A stretch of 64,000 nucleotides of DNA from Vairimorpha necatrix (lineage: Eukaryota). The position numbers and the translations under genes are program-made. The DNA lies in NCBI GenBank assembly GCA_036630325.1, contig CP142727.1, positions 1,240,001-1,304,000 of the forward strand, read 5' to 3'. The notes below the pieces were generated by a model that saw nothing but the letters and a program-made list of their open reading frames with translations, ran no database searches and was not told where the DNA came from. Below, one piece after another: positions 51,435-63,397 of the stretch (positions are counted from its first letter, which is position 1; each line of letters begins with the position of its first letter).

Positions 51435-53438
51435 ATAAAGTTTAATGCAAGTTATACGTTGTTTTGCTAGTTGAAGACATGTTCATGCTTAATAATAAAT
51501 ATTAAAGAGCCCACAATTACTTTTATAAAATATACTGTATTTACTTCCTTTCTAAATTTGGATCCTCATTTGGCGCCAAAGATTTTGCTATAATGTTGCT
51601 AAGAAAATACATTCCACAATTATTTATTGCTCACTTTACACAAAGATTAATTATCATTTGATCGAAACTATTTTTTTATATAATTTTACATAGAAACTAT
51701 AAGTGTGGCTTACGTCGAGTTAATAAACATTTTAAAAGATCAGAACCCTCTTTTTGCGGTTTTTATATATATTATTTTTTTTCCTAATCTTTGTTTTATT
51801 AATTTTGTTTTCTACATGTTTAATTAATTAAGAATAGTTATGATTAAAATTCTTTCTTATAGTTTTTTTGCAATTAGTTACATTAACTCTAACAAATACT
51901 ATTAGCTGATAATTATCTTTTAATGATCTAAATTCTAAATCAATAATTGTTATGTAAAAAGTGTAAAATAAAGATTCTTTAATTATACCTTTAAACAAAT
52001 CACTAAACGCCATTTAAAAATATCTATATATCAAGATTTTTAAAATTATAGCATAATATGAATATCAATTAAATTTTCAGAAATTTTTTAATTATCTGAT
52101 TTTCAAATTAATTTCTTGAAAGTGAGTTCGGCAACATTGTTACCTATGTCCAAGAACTACTTGTCTATATCAATCTTAATGAATGTAAATGTTTGAGTAT
52201 ACTTCATTTTACCTTTTCTTTTTGTTTCTAAAAGCAGCTAGATCATTGTACCCAAAAACCTTTTTTTCTTAGAAATACCAATAAATGCCAAACATTGTCT
52301 AAAAAAAGTGTAGCAAATACGAGATCCTCATTTTAATGAAATTGGTGAATTTTTATTAACTAAAACTTATACTATTTTACTTTTAGTAGCAATAAGTTTC
52401 GCAGTATTTATTGGACATTGGCTCTAGAAAAATCAGTTACCATTTATATTGTAAGTTTTCTAAATATTTATAGGTATATTATCTTTCGCACTATGTTTGT
52501 TTTTTGAGAAGAAAATTTGATGATTTAAAAAAAAGTCTCTACTGTAATCGGCATCCTGTACGCGTCTGCTTACACTTGCACATCCCCAACTTTGTATTAA
52601 GTAAGCTGCCTATCCACTCATAATCGACATGCTTTGACCAAGTGTTACAGAGTCATGTAGATCGTTGGAGCCAATTAAGCTATTTATATTTTACAATAGT
52701 ATCCATAATAAAAAAACCGTTTATTAGGATCCAATCAATTTTTGAAAACAGTTGAAGTACAAATTGAGACTATTTTTTTTCCCATAAAATAATTTTTTAT
52801 AGAAGGAAAACTCTTTGTAATATACTGCATAAAAATTGAATAAATCGACTTAGCAATTGCCGTGGACACATTTCATATTTGAGAATATAAGACATCAAAA
52901 AATTATATAATTAATTTTGTTAGAGGTAATCAAATATGTTTATAGCATAACACAATTTTCGACCAATGTCACGTGCACTTTTGCCAAATTAATTTCATAA
53001 ACTATAGTATGTTTATTATAAAGTATTTGAGAATATAATGATAATTATTATACAAAGAGTAACATAAGATTAAAGTATCAAATAAAACATCTTCAAATCA
53101 TAATTAGAAAAAAATATATTAATCAAACTATCACTAAATTTTTAGAATATATTCTCCACTTAGTTTAATGTAAACTCATTTTACAAATATGTATTTCAAA
53201 TCATAAAAATCTATAAATCTAATTCGTGTGTACTTAAGACAGATGGAGGAAAGACTGCGAAATGTGTTATTATAGTGCGCACGATACATTTCTAAAAAGT
53301 TTAATACTCTCAAAATAAAAAAATTATTAAAATTTATACACATTAAAAAAAAAAGCTCACGATGCTGTAAATAAACATCACGATTTAAAGAGGGTTCCTA
53401 AATTGATTATATTTAATTTTATCTACATTGGCCTAATT

Positions 53439-55115
53439 TTAGATTTTATAATTATATTTAGAACCAATTATCTCACAAATATTTTTTATACGTATAGACA
53501 ATATCTCTTTTTGTTTGCTGAAGTTATCAAAATTATAAAACAGAGCTTCTAAATCATATTTCGCTTGAATAATCTGTATATTTTTATTATTAAAATGATA
53601 AATAATTAATTCAATAAAATTGCCTAGATCAAGCTTATCTAACATTTGATCTAATTTCCAAAAATCCAATGAAAAATAATAAAACAATTTCAAAGTATCT
53701 TCACGTATGCGTAATTTCCTACTTGGAGGTATTGCGAAATCGCATACAGAAATTACGAAATTTAAAGAATCGATTATCAGAGAATTTTCGTGAAATCCTG
53801 TTGTTATTTTATTTATAATACTTTCTGCGTGTATTACCAAGCTTCTTTTGTAAAAACCAAATCTACGATTTAAATAATTTCTATATAATTCTACTATTTT
53901 TTTCTCTTTATTGTTTAAATTCTTGTTTTTCTTATTACTTGGTATTTTTGATATAAATTGTCGCGCTTTAAACTTAAATGTATCAAATTTGACTTTTAGT
54001 TCTCTTAATCGTTTTTCTAACAATAAAGCGCCATCAATTTGGCAAACAATAATATTGTTATAATTTTCATATTGGATATTAATTATAGGAGGTGTTATAA
54101 ATCTTTGGCTGCTCTGACTTATACTTGTCGATGATGTGTCATTAATAGTTGAGTAATTTCCATCTTTGGATGTAACTTCGTGCGTTACATCTTTATTTAT
54201 ATCACTGCTCATGTTTTGGTCATATTTGGTACATAAATTTGTCTGTTGATTTGTTTTTTCGTCTATTGAACAATTATTCACGATATACATACTTGGCGTA
54301 TATGTATTACTCTGTAGACTTTCTTTATGTATCTGTTCATGTATCAAATCACGAAAATTTCCTATGCCAATAATTGCCTCGTACATGGTATGTTGATTCT
54401 CCTGAAATCGTTCTTCTTTGTGTGGTAAAAACATATGTGCGCTATCATTCATATTTTTTACAAGTTCCAGTTCTTTTTCTTCCTGGCACGTAAGATCTTT
54501 GATTAATGATTGTCCTTGCATTTTATTGTAGCCAATTTCGCGGTAAGAATCATTAAGATCTTCTTCTTCAAATGTCTCGCCAAATGGTTTATAGTCCTTT
54601 GACGCATTGTATCTAACCATATTACAACATATATGGTTATCTTTCTCCTGAAACATACTTTTCTGCAGTATATTTTCATTTATTATTGTACTTCCTCCTT
54701 CGCCATAAACAATTTGATCATTTTCCGGACTATTTGTATTTATACGAATTATTGATTCATCAGATACATAAGGCATAGCTATGTCATGATTAATTTTAAA
54801 ATTTTTTGCACAAAGCATTTCATCTTGCGTAAAATTGTTGTTTTGAATATTTTTTATTGACATACATTTGTTATTTTTGTTAATTCTTTCGTCGTTTCTT
54901 TCATTTTGAGTACCATCAGCACTCATTAAATGTATTAATTCGTCTTCTCCAATTTTGTTTTCAATTATTCCTAAAATGGTCTCAATATTTTCTTCGTTAT
55001 TTTCTAAAACGTTATCAATATCTTCGTGTGTAAATCCTAAAATCGATTCATTGTTCTCTTCTTTAGAATAGAAGCTAAACTCTGTACATCTTAAGAAAGA
55101 AATAAATAATAACAT
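53439..55115 (-). CDS. Secreted protein of local multigene family
   Basis: MLLFISFLRC; ESILGFTHEDIDNVL; C-terminal SLNFVISVCDFAIPP...YYFSLDFWK; CCCC upstream. Confidence 0.9.
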   Translation of the reverse strand: MLLFISFLRCTEFSFYSKEENNESILGFTHEDIDNVLENNEENIETILGIIENKIGEDELIHLMSADGTQNERNDERINKNNKCMSIKNIQNNNFTQDEMLCAKNFKINHDIAMPYVSDESIIRINTNSPENDQIVYGEGGSTIINENILQKSMFQEKDNHICCNMVRYNASKDYKPFGETFEEEDLNDSYREIGYNKMQGQSLIKDLTCQEEKELELVKNMNDSAHMFLPHKEERFQENQHTMYEAIIGIGNFRDLIHEQIHKESLQSNTYTPSMYIVNNCSIDEKTNQQTNLCTKYDQNMSSDINKDVTHEVTSKDGNYSTINDTSSTSISQSSQRFITPPIINIQYENYNNIIVCQIDGALLLEKRLRELKVKFDTFKFKARQFISKIPSNKKNKNLNNKEKKIVELYRNYLNRRFGFYKRSLVIHAESIINKITTGFHENSLIIDSLNFVISVCDFAIPPSRKLRIREDTLKLFYYFSLDFWKLDQMLDKLDLGNFIELIIYHFNNKNIQIIQAKYDLEALFYNFDNFSKQKEILSIRIKNICEIIGSKYNYKI

Positions 55116-55147
55116 ATATTGATTATGGGGCCTAAAAAATCGGAAAA

Positions 55148-55164
55148 TTAAGAATGACCTTATT
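55148..55164 (-). promoter_or_regulatory. Shared upstream motif of secreted-protein family
   Basis: TTAAGAATGACCTTATT (plus strand), 33-49 nt upstream of the ATG. Confidence 0.5.
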
Positions 55165-58100
55165 GTATAATAGAATATCCATCAAATTTCTATAGAATAT
55201 GATGTCAATTGTTTAACTGATATTAATTGTTCTGCATTTATAAACTAACACAAAAAAAAATATAAAATTTCCAGCAATTCACTAAAGCATACAGGCATAA
55301 GCATTGTAAATTTTCTTATTTAGACACTGTCAGATTTAAAGCGCAAGCCTCGTGTAAAACAAGCATACAAGGCATTTATACTTGAAAACATCTTAATATA
55401 AGTAAGAATTGTTTTTTCGTCTTAGATTTTCGAAAGTTGAAGCAAAAATAATCTAAAAAATACAAACCCTCATATAGGTAAATAAAATGACAAAATAATG
55501 TGAGGCGTAAAATACTACCTCATGCTGATTTTTAGAATATAATCAAATCTTTAAAATGTTTTGCTACATATATTTTCTTTTATTTTAACTCTAATGCTCA
55601 TAACAAAGAAAGCCATTCTAACTAAAATTCTATAATAATACGCAATACTTTAATCATCACCGTCGTAATATAAAAAACATATAAAAGATTAAAAATTGTA
55701 TGTTTATTTATAGATTTGATGTGATCTTGACAATTCACGCTCCTAATGCTGCAGTATGTTTTAACAGAGATGTTAAAGTTTGCAATAGAAAATTATTTTT
55801 ATGGATTTTTTTAAAAAACAGAAAAAAGACTAATAGTATAGCGACAGTCCATTTAATATCGCAAAAAAATCAGACATGATTTTTTTACGAGTTCATAGCA
55901 AACAATTACTCAATAAAATGGGGTTTGTCGCCTATATCTTATTGTTTACATCAATTATAGTTTTTGTTCGAAAAAAACAAAAGTATATTTTTTCTTAGGA
56001 TATACTTGTTAATAAATTTACATCTTTACCTTACAAATAAGTATTACAGACGCAATTTTAAGAACATTTTATATAAGTGGTTTTTATTATAAAAGCATGT
56101 AAATAGCACGAAAACTTTAGTATGTTCATAATAAGGGTTTAAAATCATTTCATGTATACTTATTTTTCGACATGTGCGAAATGAAAGAATCATTTTTTGC
56201 TACAAGTTATGTGTGTCTAAAGAATAATTTACATGATGCGTTCTAAAATGGACAAATTTACCATCATGGCTAATAAATGTGTTGTATATAGAGATATGAT
56301 TTCACGTAAATATTTTTTTTATGAATATTATCCTGCATAAAAAAAACTTTAATACGTTTTAATTTTATTTGCTAGCTTTCTAAACATTTCTGATTAACAT
56401 TGATGGATCAAAAGCTTTAACCCCTTTATATAAGAAAAATATTTTTTCACGGATAAATATCTTATAAAAAGAATTTATGTGTATATTAAGGTGGAGAAAA
56501 TGCTTAATGATCATATCATGTTATTTAAGTGTAATTTATATGTCTAAAAAATAAACTTTTCTTATAATTTTGCCTGTATTCAGGGAAAAAGTATTGTAAT
56601 AGCATTTAAGGTTTAGGTAACAAGTCTGTTATTTCGATAAAACATATTTTAAATGCCCAATAAAATGTAATAATTGTTTTCTTATAAAATAAAAACTTTA
56701 ATTGGTATTATTGTAAATGAATTTTAATATAAGAATGCGAAAATATATATAAAAATTGCCATCTTAAGTGAGATATCCATTCAAAGTACTAAAAGTAATA
56801 ATAAAAAAAACAAAAGACTAACATAAACTATTGTTATTGTTGTAAAAACTCTTTATTTTATTTTTATCTTCACTCTTTGACTAAAATAGGGTTAAGATAC
56901 TATAAAAAAAAATATAGAAATGATCAAGCATTATAAATGCTCTGTTAAAGCGTGAAAAACTACAATAGTTATAAAAAAACATAAAAAATACACGCAAGGA
57001 GTGAACTATTGAAAAATACTAAGATCATGGTTTCCCGAAAAATTTGTAGTAAATAACTTCTGTTTTCTTGCAAGTAAGAGCAAAAGTGCTTACAAACGAA
57101 CTAAGACCACACGAACTAGAACCTTATCGAACAGTATTGTGCGATTCCTGTTTATGAGAACATTTCCATTTGCTATGCCTAGACTTGTACATCATTTTAT
57201 CCATTATGCTTTGTACAAAAAAAAATATTATCATTTATATTGTGTCGAGTCCAGAGAATTTACAAGCAAATAGCATAAAACAGAAATAATGAACTATAAT
57301 ATATGATAATTGTCGTCCAAATTCACACTGAAATCTATCTATAAACCCATAAAACAGCTTGTTTTTTTTATAGGTTGCATTGTACCGGTCTTCCATAAGT
57401 ATCGACCTAAATGTTGCGGAATCTCAAGGGTGTCCATAGGAACATCATAGCTCTATTATATACGAACAACAATTCGGAATAAAAATCTTTAAGAGGCCAA
57501 TAATGCAGCCTATCATCTAAAGGCCTATCATATTCAATAATGAATAGATTTTATTGGTACTAAAAGTATTCTTAACCATTTTTTGTAAAAATCAGATAAA
57601 AATTACAAACAGTATTTACATAAGAATCATTTCTTCAATCCCGACTTATATCGAAGTTAAACGTTTGCTCTTATTTCTTGTATTTTCATTTTAATTTAGA
57701 CCAAATAACTATGTGGGAGCAGCACAATCTTTTAAACATTCCCAAGCAACTATCATATCTCTACGTTAAATAATCTAAAAGATCCAACACATTATTTCTT
57801 GGAAAATGAATTAGATTGACAGAATTGGGTATTATGTACTATTATAATGCTTTCGACATATTCTTCAAAATTTAAACTTTTAGCTAAATTGTTTGTATAA
57901 AAATCTATTTTGTTAAAAGTACGTCTTTATCATAACCATGTCAAACATTTAAAGTAAAGAACAAGATTCTTAGCGAATAAAGCATTTTTATAGGATAGAT
58001 TCAATATTTTATCATTAAAAACAAATACTTATAATTCGTAGTTAAAAATAGGCACATATAACGATATGCAAAAGGCTTCTTGAAAACACACTTGAAAGCA

Positions 58101-58276
58101 TTTGACGTGATATTAGACTATTTTAATGGAAAGACACAATTTTTTTCTCGTAAACACGCAAGATATTTTAAATTTGAGTGAATTTTTTATATTATATTTG
58201 TCATATGAATTAGCGGTTACGACCATGAAAATATAAATGACGACTTAAAAAAAAACTTAAACAAACTAATAATTAT

Positions 58277-60190
58277 TTAGATATATCTTTTATTTTTTAA
58301 TTTAAAAATATGTTTTTGCCTCATCACCTCACAAATATTTTTTATGCGTTTAGACAAAGACTCTTTTTGTTTATAGAAGTCCTCAAACATATAAACCATA
58401 GACAATAAATCCTTTAATATTTCAAATTTTTTTTCAATCTCGCATATCGTTTTGTTATTTAAATTTTCATAAATTATCCTAATAAATTCAGATAGATTGA
58501 TTTTATTTAACACGGTTTCTATTTTCCAATAATCTAATGAGAAATAAAAAAACAGTTTATAATATTCTTTACGTTTGCTTAAAAGTCTATTTGGAGGTAT
58601 TGCGAAATTGCATACAGAGATCACAAAATTCAATGAATTGATAATCAATTCATTATGTTGGCTATCTAAGCAACTGACTTTATCTTTTATAGAATAGGCG
58701 TACATTATTAGGTTCTTTTCGTAAAAATCAAATTTAGACTTCAAATAATTTCTATTTATTTTTATTATTTTCATTTCTTGTTTATTTAGTATGAGTTTTT
58801 TCCCGTAGTTTGGTATACGCGAAATAAATAATGCTTCTTCATCTCTTAAAGTCTCTAATGTGATTTTTAGTTCTTTTAATCGTTTATCTAATAAAAGACC
58901 ATTATTTTTTACAGGAAACGTGGGGTTATTATTAGTTTCATTCTGGATTCTCTTACTGGCGCGATCTATGGATATTGATTCGCCATTAGCTATAGTTGTC
59001 GATGATATGTCATTAATAATTGCATTGTTTTTTTCTTGGAATGTGTCGTCATCTATTAAACCTTCCTTTGCATTATAATTACCGCTAGTGTCATAAATAA
59101 TTGTATATTTTCTATCCAAAAATGTATCTTCATGTGCTTCTTGATCATATATTCTTTGACTTTGTATAAAAACACGATCGGTATGTAGATTTACATCCTT
59201 GAGATTTTCTCCGCATGATAAATCACTATTGTTGTTATATTTACTTCGCACATATGTGATATTGCGATCTCTTTTTTTTTGTATTTGTTCATAAATTGAA
59301 TCATCACAAAAAGCATTTTGATTATCTTGAGATTTTTCTCTTTCATGTATAACAAACATCGGCCTCTCGTCAGTCGTAATTGTAGCACGTTCGATATCAT
59401 GACTTTCACAATACATCGGCTCTTGGGTTGATAATTGTTCATGTGTTTCACTATACCTAATTACTGCGCTACAATTATTACAATCTTTTTTTTTGTGTGT
59501 CTCGCTGGATGTTTTTTCCTTTTTATAACTAATTATACCGCAATTATAACCAGGATTTTCCTCGTGTGGCACATTTTTTTGTGTTTTATATTTCTTTGTT
59601 ATAGTCTTTTCATCGACAACATAATCTATATTATTTTTTTCCTTGTAAAAATTTGCACCAGTATTTAAAACTATATTTTTTACATCTGACAAAGTATAAC
59701 CCAAATTTTTATTATTATGATTATAAGCATTAATTATTTTGTCACAAGTGAAATTATTACTTGTTACATATTTCTCTATGCCGGAATCAAATTGATAATT
59801 TCTTTCATTTAAATTTTCATTATACTTTATATCTTCATTAATTTCATTTTTTGCTTCAGATTTACATTCAAATTGACGATTTTTTGCGACGTCTATATGT
59901 TCATCAAATAAGTCGCGGATTGGTATCTTTTTAGTAGAGACACAATTATTATTTTGAATATTTTCAATCTGGTGATTTTCCTCATGTGTATTATCAGTAT
60001 TCATGATAGATATTAATTTTTCTTCTGGAATTTTCTCTTCATAAATTCTTAAAATAGTCTCAATATCTTCTTCGTTAGATAAAACCGAGTCTATATCTTC
60101 ATGAGTAAATCCTAACAAAGACTCAAGATCTATTTCATTTGCAGATAAACTAACCGTAGTGCATTTTAGTAAAGAAATAATTAGTAACAT
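58277..60190 (-). CDS. Secreted protein of local multigene family
   Basis: MLLIISLLKC; ESLLGFTHEDIDSVL; C-terminal SLNFVISVCNFAIPP...FYFSLDYWK; CCCC upstream. Confidence 0.9.
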   Translation of the reverse strand: MLLIISLLKCTTVSLSANEIDLESLLGFTHEDIDSVLSNEEDIETILRIYEEKIPEEKLISIMNTDNTHEENHQIENIQNNNCVSTKKIPIRDLFDEHIDVAKNRQFECKSEAKNEINEDIKYNENLNERNYQFDSGIEKYVTSNNFTCDKIINAYNHNNKNLGYTLSDVKNIVLNTGANFYKEKNNIDYVVDEKTITKKYKTQKNVPHEENPGYNCGIISYKKEKTSSETHKKKDCNNCSAVIRYSETHEQLSTQEPMYCESHDIERATITTDERPMFVIHEREKSQDNQNAFCDDSIYEQIQKKRDRNITYVRSKYNNNSDLSCGENLKDVNLHTDRVFIQSQRIYDQEAHEDTFLDRKYTIIYDTSGNYNAKEGLIDDDTFQEKNNAIINDISSTTIANGESISIDRASKRIQNETNNNPTFPVKNNGLLLDKRLKELKITLETLRDEEALFISRIPNYGKKLILNKQEMKIIKINRNYLKSKFDFYEKNLIMYAYSIKDKVSCLDSQHNELIINSLNFVISVCNFAIPPNRLLSKRKEYYKLFFYFSLDYWKIETVLNKINLSEFIRIIYENLNNKTICEIEKKFEILKDLLSMVYMFEDFYKQKESLSKRIKNICEVMRQKHIFKLKNKRYI

Positions 60191-60224
60191 ACTTATCTGA
60201 TTCAGGGGTAAAAAAATTAGTAAC

Positions 60225-60241
60225 TTAAGAATAACTTACTT
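60225..60241 (-). promoter_or_regulatory. Shared upstream motif of secreted-protein family
   Basis: TTAAGAATAACTTACTT (plus strand), 35-51 nt upstream of the ATG. Confidence 0.5.
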
Positions 60242-60779
60242 TTTAAAATTAATATCAGTAAAATTTTTTAGAAAAATTGATTATAAATTAAATTCAGTTT
60301 TTAAACAAAAAATTCGACTAAAAAAGTAGCCACATATTTGAATTATTTTAATAAAGGTAGCTTTGGCACATAAAAATGTTTTTTATTTATTTTAACTTTT
60401 TGTTGAATGTAAAACTTTACAAAGGAAAACTAAAAAATCAAAAACACAACGTGTATTACTAACATATTAATTTATTTATTTTTATTCATTATTTTATTTA
60501 CAAATTAATGCCAATAAAATAGATAAACACGGCAATCTCATGGAAAAACAACGGAAGTGCCAACTTTCTACTCATTTCACACATCAGATGAACTATAGTC
60601 CGCGGAGCAACCAATAAATCAAATACAAGTTTAAACATAAAAAAATGACAGAGATGAACATCATAAAGGCGAAAGCAAAAAATAATTAATAAATGGTTTC
60701 TAGATACAATTTATGTAGCATTTTAGAGCTATAATTGTATACATTGAATACAAGTCCAGATCCATACTGAAACTTGCCC

Positions 60780-61617
60780 GGAGGTGGGGTACTTTAGACC
60801 CCCCCCCTTTGAAGCGCTTCAATTTTTTTTTCGAACCCCAAAATTGAAGTGCAAAAAAAAAGAGGAGCAAGAAAGGGACAAAAATTTCTTATCACTTTAA
60901 ACATTAAAAATACAAAATAAATATATATTTATGTACACAATTATATTTTAATACAAGTTTTTACAATAATATAAACCAATAAGCTAATTTTGCCCTTCTG
61001 ATTTTTTAGAATTGGGGACAAAAACGCTCCCCTCTGAGAGTGTTCACTTTATAATTTTGAACCCCAAAAACGAAGTGCAAAATAAAGGAGAAGCAATCAT
61101 TAGTACTCAAATTACTTGCATCTTCAAACAGTAAAAATACCAAATAAATATATATTTGTATACGAAATTTAATTTAAAAAAAGATTATAACCATAAAACT
61201 ATATAAGTCTTTATAACTTAACATATTTAAATTAAATTTTTTGATTTAACAATATGTGTAGATCGTTGAACATTTATTTAAATTTTCTTTTATAAATAAT
61301 ATTTATAATTTTAATTGTTGGTTTATTATTAAAGTAGATTTTTGAAGAAAATCTACTTTAATAATAAACCAACAATTAAAAAAAATTGAAAAAATAAGAA
61401 GGGCGAAAAAAGACACAATACTTCAAATGATTATTATAACTAAATCTAAAATTAATTTTTGTATAAAAGCATATATTTATTTGTTATTTTTAATGTCATA
61501 AGTGATAAGAAATTTTTGTCCCTTTCTTGCTCCTCTTTTTTTTTGCACTTCAATTTTGGGGTTCGAAAAAAAAATTGAAGCGCTTCAAAGGGGGGGGGTC
61601 TAAAGTATCCTTCACCC
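60780..61617. mobile_element. MITE family copy C (838 bp), Merlin-like
   Basis: GG...CC ends; 108-bp perfect inverted match (60790-60897 / 61500-61607); perfect 9-bp TSD AACTTGCCC (60771-60779 / 61618-61626). Confidence 0.93.
61309..61381. repeat. Perfect 34-bp inverted repeat with TGAAG loop inside MITE C
   Basis: TTTTAATTGTTGGTTTATTATTAAAGTAGATTTT-TGAAG-exact reverse complement. Confidence 0.95.
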
Positions 61618-63397
61618 AACTTGCCCTGTTAAGGAAATAAGTTATATAGTGACATGCCTATTGAGAGTTTAAAAAAATTTGAAATTTGACAGTAAAATTT
61701 TTAAAAAATTTATATACACACTCAAGGGTGTAAAGCACCACTTGACGCCCTTTATAGATGTTAAATATCTTTACCGGACATCAGCAATTATATAAACAAA
61801 TATACTCCCGATATAAAGCCAAGAAAAGGCTCAAACTCATAGACTTTTAAGAGCAGAAAAAAGGAAACTATCTAAAGTAAACAACAATATCATGCCGGCA
61901 GCCAGAAAAAGTCTAACAGAATATTTGACCATAGTTTTTTTATAAGAAGATGGGATATATTGATCCAATATCGTCTCTCTTAATCAATATATCCTTATAA
62001 ACACTTTTTTTTCATGTTTTAATGTTAAATCGTTTATCCTTTGAAGAATAAATTTTTAACGTGAATAATGTATATTATTTAATTCTCTGGTTTAAATGGT
62101 AATCTATAATTCTTAGAGAATGGTTATTGGCATAAAATTACAAAAATAGTGCCCAATATTCTTAACGCTGTCAATAGTATTTTACTTTCTATGCCTTTAT
62201 TAATTGTTTATTGCTATGTTAAACACATTTGAGACATTAATCGTGTTTATAATATTTTAAGATTATCTACCTAACTTTTTAATACAAAATACGTTCATTT
62301 TCATTTTTAGAAATTTCTTTTAATTTCCAAAGACAATTAAAAGTAAAATTTCTTTGTTGTGTTTTTTTAAAATGTTTCAAGTCATATATTACATCGTATG
62401 ATCTTAAAACAAATTCAAATTCGTCTGTTCAAGTATTGTTGCTTTGCGTTTATAAATTTTAAATACTTTTATTTGAAAATTTACTAATAAAGGTTACCGA
62501 AAAAACTCATTTAATGTTTCTCCTGTTGTTTAGGGGGTTACGTCATATAATTTTCCACATAATTTTAATAAATGATAAGAAGAGAAATTCATGCAAATAA
62601 ATTATGTACAATACGTATTTGACAATCTTTCTCTAGATTTTCGTCCCGATATTGCTAGTTTCTCGTTCATGCTGCGTATTTTCTTGAAGATTGCGCTATT
62701 AATATACCTAATGACTTGTTCACCCAAATCCTTTTTATTGTTATAAATTAACATATGCTACAATTCAATTTTTCACCCTTATTTTTCATATATGTGCTTC
62801 GCAATACTTTGATATTATACACTCAAAAGATATCAGCAAACTTATTAGCTAGGTTCAACCATGAATTGAGCATAAACTATTAATTAAGATATATTAATTC
62901 ATCAATTTTCCGATTCCGCCCATTGTTAATTATCGAAAAATTGTATGTTATCTTTTTATCTAGATCCTTTTCTTTTTTATATATTAAATAAAATTTGGTC
63001 TTTGTGGAAAATTCGGTTAAATCTTCTCAAATATCTACCAGAAATTACAAGTATCTGTCTGCGGCCATCTCTTGTGCAGAATGGTTTATAAATAGTTTTT
63101 TGGCGATATAACAAATTTTTCGCACAATACAAGAAATGTAAAGATAAAAAATCATAGATTGTATTCGAGCTAAATAATTCTTTACATTTATTCCAATTTT
63201 TAATGCGAAATGAACAACAATTATAATTTTTTAGACGTGAGTTTATTTTCTTTACACGGAGTCATTTTTCTTGTATTGTATTTAGAAGCCGTTTTGTGAT
63301 TAGTAGGTACATTGCGATGTCTGAATTAAATCGAGAAATCTTTTATTCAAATTCTATTACTCAGAGTCCAGAGTAAAACTTTTTTACAATAAGTTTC

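Noticed and set aside
14527-52976. Scattered CACGTG E-box/CDEI-like sites (14527, 39011, 52970)
   Set aside because: Few, unclustered and not consistently placed relative to genes.
60820-60845. GGTTCGAA in MITE TIRs resembling a Pol III B box
   Set aside because: Lacks the downstream conserved C and any A box; it is part of the TIR.
62640-63130. Possible piggyBac transposase remnant on the minus strand (MGGI)
   Set aside because: Only one short motif, no supporting frame or TTAA-bounded ends.
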